25,288 nt of DNA. Origin: an uncultured Bacteroidota bacterium (lineage in GTDB: Bacteria; Bacteroidota; Bacteroidia; Bacteroidales; P3). The notes beneath the pieces were generated by a model. That model had not been told where the DNA came from and searched no databases. It was given only the letters and a program-made list of their open reading frames with translations. Within the stretch, counting starts at the first letter, position 1, and each line of letters starts with the position of its first letter. Positions 7,721 through 16,470 of this stretch are shown here, one piece after another. The position numbers and the translations under genes are program-made. The stretch spans positions 1 to 25,288 of the forward strand of contig CACXCY010000229.1 in NCBI GenBank assembly GCA_902766265.1, in the 5' to 3' direction.

Positions 7721-10700
7721 ATGAAACGTTATCACTTGGTAAACAACATTATCGGTTGGTTGGTGTGTTTCGTTGCCTGTGGTGTGTACATCATGACGGC
7801 CGAAGCGACTGCCAGCTGGTGGGATTGTGGTGAATACATTGCTACCGCATTCAAACTCCAGGTGGGACATCCTCCGGGAGCCCCCACATTCCAAATCATT
7901 GGACGCTTGTTCTCCATGTTCAGCGACCCGCTGTCGGCGGCCCGTGCAGTCAACATCATGTCGGCTGTGTGCTCCGGTTTTGGCATCATGTTCCTCTATT
8001 GGACGATTACGCTGCTGGGCAAACTCATTATCCGTGAGCCCGAACCCGGGTTGAAGGACTGGCGCACATGGGCCATCTTCGCATCGGGTATTGTCGGTGC
8101 CATGTGCTATTGTTTCAGCGACACCTACTGGTTCTCTGCCGTCGAAGGCGAAGTTTACGCTATGTCGTCGTTCTTTACGGCCGTGGTGTTCTGGGCGGTG
8201 CTCAAATGGGAAGAACAATCCGACGACCCGCATTCGTTGCGGTGGCTCATCCTGATATGCTTCCTGGTGGGCACGGCCATCGGCGTCCACTTGCTGAACT
8301 TGCTGACCATACCTGCGTTGGTGTATGTGGTTTATTTCAAGAAATGGAAGAAAACGACCGTCAAGGGCTTCATCGTCAGCGGTGTCATATCGGTGCTGCT
8401 GCTGGCTGTGGTGCTGTGGGGTATCATTCCAGGCATCGTGAGCGTGAGCAGCGCATTTGATGTGTTCTTTGTCAACTCGCTCCACTTTGGTTTCAGCGTG
8501 GGCACCGTTGTGTTCTTCCTGATTGTGGCCGGCGTCATCGGCTGGGGTTTGTGGAAGACTTCGGCCAAACAAGCCAACAAACCGGTGGTCAACGCCTCTA
8601 TTTTGGGACTGTTGATGCTCATAGTGGGTTACAGCACTTTCTTTGTCCTCGTGATACGCGCCAATACCAATACGCCGCTTAACGAGAACGCCCCCAAGGA
8701 CGCTGTGGCTCTGCGCGCCTACCTGGGTCGTGAACAATATGGGGAGACGCCGTTGCTGACGGGCCCATACTACACGGCAGGCAATCCTATCGACGTGAAG
8801 AACGGCTACACCAAATATGTGCGTGGCACCGATAGCGAAGGACGTGATTGCTACATTCCCAAGGCACATTCGCAGAAATTTGTGTACCGTAGCGAGCATA
8901 CGGGCTTCTTCCCCCGCATGTACAGCAACGACAACGGTCGCCAGCATCCGCTGTTCTACAAATATTGGGCAGGTGAACCTCCTCGCGGACAGAAACCGAC
9001 GATGAGCCAGAACCTGAAGTACTTCAACCGCTATCAATGTGGCTGGATGTATTGGCGCTACTTCATGTGGAACTTTGCCGGCAGGCAGAACGATATCCAG
9101 GGGCATCACTTCAACGATGACGGCTCCATAGATTACATGAACGGCAACTGGATATGTGGCATCAAGTTTATCGACGAAGCCCGTCTGGGGCCGCAGGACA
9201 ATCTGACCGACGCCATGAAGAACAACAAGGCGCGCAACACCTATTTCCTGTTGCCGCTGCTGCTTGGAGTGGCCGGCTTGGTCTATCATGTGATGAAGGA
9301 CAAACGCGGCGCGTTCATTGTATTCTTGATGTTCTTCATGACAGGATTGGCTATCGGCATCTATCTGAATATGCCTCCCCGCCAGCCGCGTGAGCGTGAC
9401 TATGCTTTTGTGGGGTCGTTCTACTTCTTTGCCGTCTGGGTCGGATTGGGAGTGCTTGGATTGGCGGATTGGATTACAAAGAATGTCAAGAACAATTCCC
9501 TCAAGGGCGTTGTGACGGCAGCGGTGTTTCTGCTGTGCATGCTGGCGGTGCCTGTGCGCATGGCGTCACAGAACTGGGACGACCACGACCGTTCGCAGAA
9601 GACGGCCGCCCGCGATTTCTCAAAGAATTACCTGGGCAACCTGAGCAAGAACTCCATCTTGGTCACCTACGGCGACAACGACACTTTCCCGCTCTGGTAT
9701 GCGCAGGAGGTGGAAGGTTGGCGTACGGATGTGCGTATACTCAACTACACCTTGGCGGGCATGCATTGGTATATCGAACAGCTATACAACAAACTCTATG
9801 AGTCGGATGCGTTGCCGATGACCTTGCCCTACGAGGACTTCTATGGCTTGGGCGCCGACCTTGTGTATCTACAGGACAACTCGCCTGAGTTCCTGGAAGT
9901 GTCGGATGTACTGAAAATGGTGCGCGACAACGCTTCCCGCTTCACGGTCAACAACAGGGGCGAAATGATTCATTTCCTGCCGACCAAGAGGTTTAAGATT
10001 ACTGTCGATGTAGACAAGTTGGTCGAATTGGGTGTTGTATCTGCTGAGGACGCCCCGCATATCGACCCTGTGATACGTTTTACCATCAACAGGGATATGC
10101 TCTATCGCCACCAGCTGATGATACTTGATATATTGGGCACAAATCATTTTGAGAGAAATATCTACACGATGAACCCCAGCTATATCAAGGATGCATTCCC
10201 CATTGTGGACAGCTACTGCATGGAGGACGGATTGGTGTTCAGATTGATGCCTTATCCCGCACAGAAGGAGTTTACCGACAATACGATGGACTACTATCTC
10301 AATGGAATCCAGGGAGAAGACGGCGAATACACTCCGCTTGAATGGGGCAACCTGAACGCAGACATCTATGTGGATCCCATCAGTTTGAATATGGGAAGCG
10401 TGCAGCGCCAGAACTTCTTTGTACTGGCTCGTGCGTTGATGGCAGGTCCGACTCCCGACACCGCGAGTGCGCGTCAGTTGCTCGATATGGGTGAAAAATT
10501 CTTCCCCAAGAAGAACTTTGCCCACGATAAATACTGCCTCTATATGGTGGAACTCTACAACAAAGTCTATGGTGTAGAGAAGGCCACGGAACTTTGGAAC
10601 GACATCTTCGACTATTATCGTCAGGATATAGCTTACGTGGGACAATACACCAAGATGGCAAACCGCAAGTTTGCGGCCGGAACCGCCAACCGTCTGCGGG

Positions 10701-10837
10701 AAGACTGCCAGATACTGTACACTCTCGCCGACAGCGCGCGCAAGCATCTGCATAATGAGACTCTGGCAAATAAGGCGGAAGAGACATTCAAACCGTACGA
10801 ATATGCCTTCATGCAGTCGCAGACAATGCCGAGGTAA
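7721..10837 (+). CDS. DUF2723-domain polytopic membrane protein (GT-C-like, TMEM260-like)
   Basis: 1038 aa; WWDCGEYIATAFKLQVGHPPGAP, FWFSAVEGEVYAMSS, GVHLLNLL, QPRERDYAF, GDNDTFPLWYAQEVEG are typical of Bacteroidota DUF2723 proteins; many TM helices. Confidence 0.9.
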   Translation: MKRYHLVNNIIGWLVCFVACGVYIMTAEATASWWDCGEYIATAFKLQVGHPPGAPTFQIIGRLFSMFSDPLSAARAVNIMSAVCSGFGIMFLYWTITLLGKLIIREPEPGLKDWRTWAIFASGIVGAMCYCFSDTYWFSAVEGEVYAMSSFFTAVVFWAVLKWEEQSDDPHSLRWLILICFLVGTAIGVHLLNLLTIPALVYVVYFKKWKKTTVKGFIVSGVISVLLLAVVLWGIIPGIVSVSSAFDVFFVNSLHFGFSVGTVVFFLIVAGVIGWGLWKTSAKQANKPVVNASILGLLMLIVGYSTFFVLVIRANTNTPLNENAPKDAVALRAYLGREQYGETPLLTGPYYTAGNPIDVKNGYTKYVRGTDSEGRDCYIPKAHSQKFVYRSEHTGFFPRMYSNDNGRQHPLFYKYWAGEPPRGQKPTMSQNLKYFNRYQCGWMYWRYFMWNFAGRQNDIQGHHFNDDGSIDYMNGNWICGIKFIDEARLGPQDNLTDAMKNNKARNTYFLLPLLLGVAGLVYHVMKDKRGAFIVFLMFFMTGLAIGIYLNMPPRQPRERDYAFVGSFYFFAVWVGLGVLGLADWITKNVKNNSLKGVVTAAVFLLCMLAVPVRMASQNWDDHDRSQKTAARDFSKNYLGNLSKNSILVTYGDNDTFPLWYAQEVEGWRTDVRILNYTLAGMHWYIEQLYNKLYESDALPMTLPYEDFYGLGADLVYLQDNSPEFLEVSDVLKMVRDNASRFTVNNRGEMIHFLPTKRFKITVDVDKLVELGVVSAEDAPHIDPVIRFTINRDMLYRHQLMILDILGTNHFERNIYTMNPSYIKDAFPIVDSYCMEDGLVFRLMPYPAQKEFTDNTMDYYLNGIQGEDGEYTPLEWGNLNADIYVDPISLNMGSVQRQNFFVLARALMAGPTPDTASARQLLDMGEKFFPKKNFAHDKYCLYMVELYNKVYGVEKATELWNDIFDYYRQDIAYVGQYTKMANRKFAAGTANRLREDCQILYTLADSARKHLHNETLANKAEETFKPYEYAFMQSQTMPR

Positions 10838-10863
10838 CATAGTGCTACATATCGCAATAAAAG

Positions 10864-10893
10864 GAAAAGCCCATCCGTCAGGAAGGGCTTTTC
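10864..10893 (+). terminator. Intrinsic terminator hairpin after the DUF2723 gene
   Basis: GAAAAGCCC-A-TCC-GTCA-GGA-A-GGGCTTTTC; A-run before and T-run in the 3' arm. Confidence 0.75.
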
Positions 10894-10961
10894 TGCGTAT
10901 ATGTTTAAAACCTTGTTACAATCTTTCAGCGGCATACGAGGTTCAATTATGGAATTGTTGC

Positions 10962-10969
10962 TAATTTTG
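10962..10969 (+). promoter_or_regulatory. Bacteroidetes -7 element (TAATTTTG) for the small RHH gene
   Basis: TAnnTTTG followed by CA, 23 nt before ATG 10993. Confidence 0.65.
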
Positions 10970-10992
10970 CAAATACTTTAATCACTATCACT

Positions 10993-11244
10993 ATGCCAAA
11001 TAAAACGCAACCGCGGGGTAAGAAAGTATCTCTGACGTTCTCGAGACGAGATTATGAGGCACTAACGGCTTTTGCGGAAGACAAAGGTGTTCCCCGCGCG
11101 GTGGCGATACGCCATATTGTGCACGAAGCTTTGAAGACGTACAATCGCAATGCTTCACAAACGGTGTCGAAAAACCAACTGGGGCTTTTCGATTCTGTGC
11201 AGATTGACATCTTTAACAATGCATCCAAGACAGAGGACGTTTGA
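10993..11244 (+). CDS. Ribbon-helix-helix (CopG/Arc-like) DNA-binding protein with C-terminal QLGLF/QIDIF motifs
   Basis: KVSLTF strand, helix SRRDYEALTAFAEDKG, helix PRAVAIRHIVHEAL; has its own promoter and fills the gap between a terminator and the atpB promoter. Confidence 0.75.
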   Translation: MPNKTQPRGKKVSLTFSRRDYEALTAFAEDKGVPRAVAIRHIVHEALKTYNRNASQTVSKNQLGLFDSVQIDIFNNASKTEDV

Positions 11245-11297
11245 GGGAATACAAAAAAAAACTTTGCAGAATAGCGTTGTCAATCCCGACTTTTTTG

Positions 11298-11305
11298 TAT
11301 CTTTG
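11298..11305 (+). promoter_or_regulatory. Bacteroidetes -7 element (TATCTTTG) for atpB
   Basis: Exact consensus followed by CA, about 55 nt upstream of ATG 11361. Confidence 0.75.
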
Positions 11306-11360
11306 CAAGTCCATATAGGATGAATACAAAATTGCTATTATAAGAAATAAACTATTAATC

Positions 11361-12551
11361 ATGCGATTAAAACACATCACTTTATTTGCGGCTCTTTTCT
11401 CTTTGTCGGTGGTGGCTCTTGCACAGACAGAGAGCATTCCTTCCGAGAAAGACCTCAACAGCCCTATCAAGGCAGTTGATGAATTGCCGGATACAACGAT
11501 GAACCAGGCGGCTGTGGTGGTAGAAGATGAAGGAGAGATGAATCCAGGTTCCATCATTATTGGTCACGTTACTGATGCTCATTCCTGGCATCTGTTTGAC
11601 TACAAGACCAAAGACGGTAAAGAACATGCGGTGGCTATCTCACTGCCAGTCATCTTGATTAATGATGGCCACTTGGATGTCTTTATGTCCAAACGTTTCC
11701 ATCATGGTCACGCTGATTATAAGGGTTATCGCCTTGTGGGTGGCGGTTTGGAAAAGGAAGAGATTATCTGCATTGATGAGATAGGAAACCCCATTGTGAT
11801 GGCCAATGGAAAGATAAAGAAACCAATCGATATCTCAATCACCAAGACTCCTGCAGCTATAATTATAGCGGTGATACTCCTGCTTGTTATCGTTCTTTCG
11901 GCAGGGAAACAATATAAGAAACGTCCCAATAAAGCTCCGCATGGCTTGCAAGCTCTGGTGGAAATGTTGGTGTGTCATGTGCGCGACGAGATGGCTGCAC
12001 CGATGATAGGGCCTAAATATGAGAAGTATCTTCCCTATCTGTTGACGCTGTTCTTCTTTATCTTCTTCTGCAATTGCTTGGGTATGATACCGTTCTTTCC
12101 TGCAGGTGCCAACATTACGGGAAATATTGCAGTAACAGCCACATTGGCTTTGATTACTTTCTTTATAACAAACCTTAGTGGCAACAAGCATTATTGGAAA
12201 GACATATTCAATACTCCTGGTGTTCCTGCATGGTTAAAGGTATTCCCTTTGATGCCGGTAGTGGAACTTGTGGGTGTGTTTACCAAACCCATCGTGCTGA
12301 TGATACGACTCTTTGCCAATATGACAGCAGGTCATATCGTCATTCTCGGCTTTGTGGTGATTATTTTCATCCTGTCAAATCTGTTTGGAGCAGCTGTGGG
12401 TGGCGCGGTGTCGGTAGTATCGGTGCTGTTTGCCGTGTTCATCAGTTTACTTGAGTGTCTGGTGGCTTACATCCAGGCCTATGTGTTCACGATGCTTTCG
12501 GCTCTCTACATAGGTATGGCCGTAGAAGAACCCGAGGAAGCTCACGCATAA
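11361..12551 (+). CDS. atpB: F0F1 ATP synthase subunit a (Bacteroidetes long form)
   Basis: HVTDAHSWH, DISITKT, YLPYLLTLFFFIFFCN, ANITGNI, IRLFANMTAGH (essential Arg), LECLVAYIQAYVFTMLSALYIG; N-terminal signal-like sequence and acidic extension. Confidence 0.95.
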   Translation: MRLKHITLFAALFSLSVVALAQTESIPSEKDLNSPIKAVDELPDTTMNQAAVVVEDEGEMNPGSIIIGHVTDAHSWHLFDYKTKDGKEHAVAISLPVILINDGHLDVFMSKRFHHGHADYKGYRLVGGGLEKEEIICIDEIGNPIVMANGKIKKPIDISITKTPAAIIIAVILLLVIVLSAGKQYKKRPNKAPHGLQALVEMLVCHVRDEMAAPMIGPKYEKYLPYLLTLFFFIFFCNCLGMIPFFPAGANITGNIAVTATLALITFFITNLSGNKHYWKDIFNTPGVPAWLKVFPLMPVVELVGVFTKPIVLMIRLFANMTAGHIVILGFVVIIFILSNLFGAAVGGAVSVVSVLFAVFISLLECLVAYIQAYVFTMLSALYIGMAVEEPEEAHA

Positions 12552-12641
12552 GAGAGATCGTACTGAATCAAATAGTAATCCATGGTCCCATAATGTTTGA
12601 CAATGGGATTCGTGGCACCCTTAACTCTTAAAACAAATCTA

Positions 12642-13838
12642 ATGAAATCTATCAGTGAAATAAACTTTAAAGGCAGAAAGGTGTTGCTGCGCGTTGACTT
12701 TAACGTACCTGTCGACGAGAATAAAAATATCACCGACGATACCCGCATGCGTGAGTCGATGCCCACCATCGAGAAACTACTGAAGGACGGTGCTGCTGTT
12801 ATTATAATGGCTCACTTTGGCCGTCCGAAAAAGGGCGGTTTCGAACCAGAACTGACCCTTCAACCGGTTGCCAAACATTTGGAAGAGCTTGTGGGCCATA
12901 AGGTTGTGTTTACGCAAGAACTCCTTGGCAGCGGCAAACCTGAGGAATTGGCCAAAAACCTCCAAGGTGGTGAGGTGATGTTGCTGGAGAATATCCGCTT
13001 CTATCCGGAGGAGACGAAGGGCGGTGTGGAATTTGCAGAGCAACTGTCGAAACTGGGAGACTGCTATGTCAATGACGCTTTTGGTGCTGCCCATCGTGAA
13101 CATAGTTCGACGGCTGTGATTGCCAGATTCTTCCCTAAAGACAAATACTTTGGATTCTTGATGGAGCATGAGGTGCGTAATCTGGAAAAGCTGATGCATG
13201 ACGCGCCGCGTCCCTTTACCGCTATTATCGGTGGCAGCAAGGTAAGCAGTAAGATAGGCATCCTGGAAAACCTTTTGGATAAGGTGGACAATATGGTTAT
13301 CATTGGTGGTATGCGTTACACGTTTACCAAAGCCATGGGCGGCAAAATTGGCAAGAGCATCTGCGAGGATGATAAGATGTCGTTGGCTCTTGACCTGATG
13401 AAACGTATGGATGAAAAAGGGGTGAAATATTACATCCCTACAGACAGTGTGATTGCTGACAATTTCAGCAATGATGCCAATACCAAGATAGTCGCCTCAA
13501 ATGCTGTTCCCGATGATTGGGAAAGCATGGATTGCGGTCCTGACAGCGTGAATGCAATTCGTGAAATCGTGCTTAAGAGCAAGACTATTCTTTGGAATGG
13601 TCCTGCAGGTGTGTTTGAAATTCCCGCTTTTGCAAAGGGCACCCATGAGATAGCTAAAGCTGTTGCTGAAGCCGGTAAGCAGGGGGCTTTTACCACTGTG
13701 GGAGGCGGCGATAGCGTGGCTGCTGTCAAGCAGATGGGCATTGCTGACAAGATGAGTTATGTTTCAACAGGTGGCGGTGCCATGCTGGAATACCTCGAAG
13801 GAAAGACGTTGCCAGGTATTGCGGCAATTAAGGACTGA
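12642..13838 (+). CDS. pgk: Phosphoglycerate kinase
   Basis: RVDFNVP, LLENIRF, YVNDAFGAAHR, WNGPAGVFE, GGGDS, VSTGGGA. Start moved to ATG 12642 (MKSISEINF). Confidence 0.97.
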   Translation: MKSISEINFKGRKVLLRVDFNVPVDENKNITDDTRMRESMPTIEKLLKDGAAVIIMAHFGRPKKGGFEPELTLQPVAKHLEELVGHKVVFTQELLGSGKPEELAKNLQGGEVMLLENIRFYPEETKGGVEFAEQLSKLGDCYVNDAFGAAHREHSSTAVIARFFPKDKYFGFLMEHEVRNLEKLMHDAPRPFTAIIGGSKVSSKIGILENLLDKVDNMVIIGGMRYTFTKAMGGKIGKSICEDDKMSLALDLMKRMDEKGVKYYIPTDSVIADNFSNDANTKIVASNAVPDDWESMDCGPDSVNAIREIVLKSKTILWNGPAGVFEIPAFAKGTHEIAKAVAEAGKQGAFTTVGGGDSVAAVKQMGIADKMSYVSTGGGAMLEYLEGKTLPGIAAIKD

Positions 13839-13856
13839 CATAAAAGAGTAGGATTG

Positions 13857-13889
13857 AAGGCGGCGGATGATGTTCGCCGCCTTTTTCTT
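13857..13889 (+). terminator. Intrinsic terminator after pgk
   Basis: AAGGCGGCGGA-tgatg-TTCGCCGCCTT followed by TTTCTTT. Confidence 0.85.
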
Positions 13890-13911
13890 TACAATAAATA
13901 CAAGCAAGATT

Positions 13912-15699
13912 GTGGCGCAATTCCTCCCTATAACGCTTGAAGAGGTCAAACGTCTCGGATGGGCGGAGGTTGACATTATACTTGTGTCTGGAGACGCTTA
14001 TGTCGATCACCCGTCGTTCGGTACGGCCGTTTTAGGGCGCACATTAGAGGCGGAGGGCTATAGGGTGGCCATCATTCCTCAACCAAATTGGCGTGATGAC
14101 TTGCGCGATTTCTGCAAGTTCGGCAAACCCCGCTTATTTTTTGGGGTCACATCGGGATGTATGGACTCGATGGTGAACCACTATACAGCGGCGAGAAGGT
14201 TGCGTCATGATGATGCTTATACGCCGGGAGGTGTTGCTGGCTTTCGCCCCGATTATGCCACATATGTATATACACGGATATTGAAACAAATATATCCTGA
14301 CGTCCCAGTTGTTATCGGGGGAATAGAAGCATCTATGCGTCGACTGGCGCATTACGATTATTGGAGCGATACGCTAAAACCATCGATTTTATACGATGTG
14401 CCTGCTGATTTATTGGCCTACGGGATGGGAGAGAGGACGATAGTGGTAATAGCCAATACTCTGAATGAAGGAGGTGGGGTGGCTGCATTGCGCGGGATGA
14501 AGCAAACGGCATATCTCGCTGATGAGATACCAGGAAATGAAGATTCGGATATGATAGTTCTGCATTCCTATGAAGAGTGTAGAAAATCGAAAAGAAAGCA
14601 AATAGAGAATTTTCATCGTTTAGAAGTAGAAAGTAACAAGGTTGAAGCTGCTACCATTGTACAGCCCCACGGAGATCATTTCGTTGTGATTTCTCCTCCA
14701 GATATACCGCTTTCGGGAGAAGAACTCGACAAGTCATTTGATTTGCCATATACCCGGTTGCCTCATCCTAAATACATAAAAAGAGGCAAGATTCCTGCCT
14801 ATGAGATGATAAAGTTCTCTATCAATAGTCATAGGGGATGTTTCGGCGGATGTGCATTCTGTACCATCAGTGCTCACCAGGGTAAGCAAGTGGTATCGCG
14901 TAGTGAAGAATCCATTATGGCTGAGGTGGACAAGGTTGTAAATATGCCATCGTTTAATGGTACTTTGAGTGACTTGGGCGGTCCTTCTGCCAATATGTAC
15001 AAAATGAGTGGGCGCAACAAGGAACTGTGCAAGAAATGTGCCCGATATTCATGTATACAACCGTCGCATTGCCCGAATCTTGATAGTGATCATACGCATA
15101 TCGTATCGCTCTATCGCAAAGTTATGTCACGTCCCGGGGTAAAGCACCTCTTCATAGGCAGCGGTATCCGTTACGATTTATTTACTAAAAACAACGGTGG
15201 TTTTGAATATTTTAGAGAGATGGTACTTCATCATGTGAGTGGGCGTCTGAAGGTGGCTCCAGAACATACATCTCCGGCGGTGCTTAAAGTGATGAGAAAA
15301 CCGTCATTTGACACGTTTGTTCAGATAAAACAGCGGTTTGATGATATATGTCGCCACGCTGGACTTAAGTATCAGTTAATACCGTATTTTATTAGTTCCC
15401 ATCCAGGGTGCCGTTTGGGGGATATGGCGGAATTGGCGGTGCAGATGAGAAAAATGGGCTATAGGTTGGAACAGGTGCAAGATTTTACACCCACGCCAAT
15501 GACACTGGCTACAGAAATGTATTATACAGGCATCAATCCTGAAACTATGCAGCCAATTTATGTGGCCACCCGTCAAGATGACAAACGTGCACAAAATCTA
15601 TTGTTCTTCTACTACAAGAAAGAACTGCATCCTAATATCAAAAGAATACTTCTTAATAGCCATAACGGCCGTTACCTACCCTTGTTAGGTATTAGGTAA
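13912..15699 (+). CDS. ygiQ: YgiQ family radical SAM protein (UPF0313)
   Basis: DIILVSGDAYVDHPSFG, GGIEASMRRLAHYDYWSD, HRGCFGGCAFC (CxxxCxxC), DLGGPSANMY, VQDFTPTPMT. The ORF-track ATG at 13867 lies inside the terminator, so GTG 13912 is the likelier start. Confidence 0.93.
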   Translation: MAQFLPITLEEVKRLGWAEVDIILVSGDAYVDHPSFGTAVLGRTLEAEGYRVAIIPQPNWRDDLRDFCKFGKPRLFFGVTSGCMDSMVNHYTAARRLRHDDAYTPGGVAGFRPDYATYVYTRILKQIYPDVPVVIGGIEASMRRLAHYDYWSDTLKPSILYDVPADLLAYGMGERTIVVIANTLNEGGGVAALRGMKQTAYLADEIPGNEDSDMIVLHSYEECRKSKRKQIENFHRLEVESNKVEAATIVQPHGDHFVVISPPDIPLSGEELDKSFDLPYTRLPHPKYIKRGKIPAYEMIKFSINSHRGCFGGCAFCTISAHQGKQVVSRSEESIMAEVDKVVNMPSFNGTLSDLGGPSANMYKMSGRNKELCKKCARYSCIQPSHCPNLDSDHTHIVSLYRKVMSRPGVKHLFIGSGIRYDLFTKNNGGFEYFREMVLHHVSGRLKVAPEHTSPAVLKVMRKPSFDTFVQIKQRFDDICRHAGLKYQLIPYFISSHPGCRLGDMAELAVQMRKMGYRLEQVQDFTPTPMTLATEMYYTGINPETMQPIYVATRQDDKRAQNLLFFYYKKELHPNIKRILLNSHNGRYLPLLGIR

Positions 15700-15700
15700 A

Positions 15701-16465
15701 CTATTGCATCACGGCAATTTTTCGTGCTGTCCCAGTGCCTATTCTCACCACATATATACCTGCATCTGGGACTTTATATGAATCAATACCTCGTTTGCCG
15801 TTAAGGATACAACGACCGTCAATGCTGTAGATCCAGATTGGTAGATTTCCTGTGTTGGAAAAAGCCATTCTATTTCCATGTACATGGATTTTTGTATTGT
15901 CTTTGGGAGCATATAATAAGGATTCATTATTATATATAAAGATAGCGCGTATCATAAAAGGATTTCCAAAGCCGTAATCAACCGCATTGAACCATGTATT
16001 TCCGTCATCGGACATCCAGGAAGCGTGGTGATTGTTGATGATATCGCTACAATAGTCTCCGGCATATACAGGGGTATCTTTATGGAATGTAATCCATAGT
16101 GTATTGTTGGTGTCGATGTCAAGTGGCGTATTCAGGGTAATGGTATTCCAACCACTAGCACTGTCAGATAGGAATTCCTGAGAGACGAGCAGCGTCAAAG
16201 GGCTATATTCGCTTCCACTATAGACGGCAAGTTCAATATTATAAGATTCAATGGTGTGGAGCATCACGGCCGTGAGTCGGTCGCCTACGGATGATAGTTC
16301 GCCGGGTGGGATGGTTATGCCCCAATACAATGATGGATAATTACGAGAATAAATTGAAGATGCATACTCCCCATTGTCGTAGCCAATTGTGTCAAATTGT
16401 GCTTGAGATGAGACTGATAATAGAAGTGGCAGTACGGTAATCAGTAATTTGGTGAGTTTCTTCAT
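15701..16465 (-). CDS. Secreted protein with an uncharacterised beta-rich domain and a T9SS-like C-terminal sorting domain
   Basis: Signal peptide ending SSQA/Q; C-terminus IWIYSIDGR...AGIYVVRIG...RKIAV resembles a type A T9SS CTD. Confidence 0.75.
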   Translation of the reverse strand: MKKLTKLLITVLPLLLSVSSQAQFDTIGYDNGEYASSIYSRNYPSLYWGITIPPGELSSVGDRLTAVMLHTIESYNIELAVYSGSEYSPLTLLVSQEFLSDSASGWNTITLNTPLDIDTNNTLWITFHKDTPVYAGDYCSDIINNHHASWMSDDGNTWFNAVDYGFGNPFMIRAIFIYNNESLLYAPKDNTKIHVHGNRMAFSNTGNLPIWIYSIDGRCILNGKRGIDSYKVPDAGIYVVRIGTGTARKIAVMQ

Positions 16466-16470
16466 ACTTG

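Noticed and set aside
7673-9289. 538-aa antisense ORF opposite DUF2723 (likewise 6454-7584 and 9869-10840)
   Set aside because: Shadow ORFs fully overlapping well-supported genes, with no family signature.
11253-11261. A9 homopolymer upstream of the atpB promoter as a phase-variation tract
   Set aside because: It lies upstream of the -33/-7 spacer, and A/T runs are normal in Bacteroidota promoters.
11213-11557. 114-aa minus-strand ORF across the atpB promoter and other short track ORFs in intergenic or antisense positions
   Set aside because: They overlap supported genes or promoters and show no coding signature.
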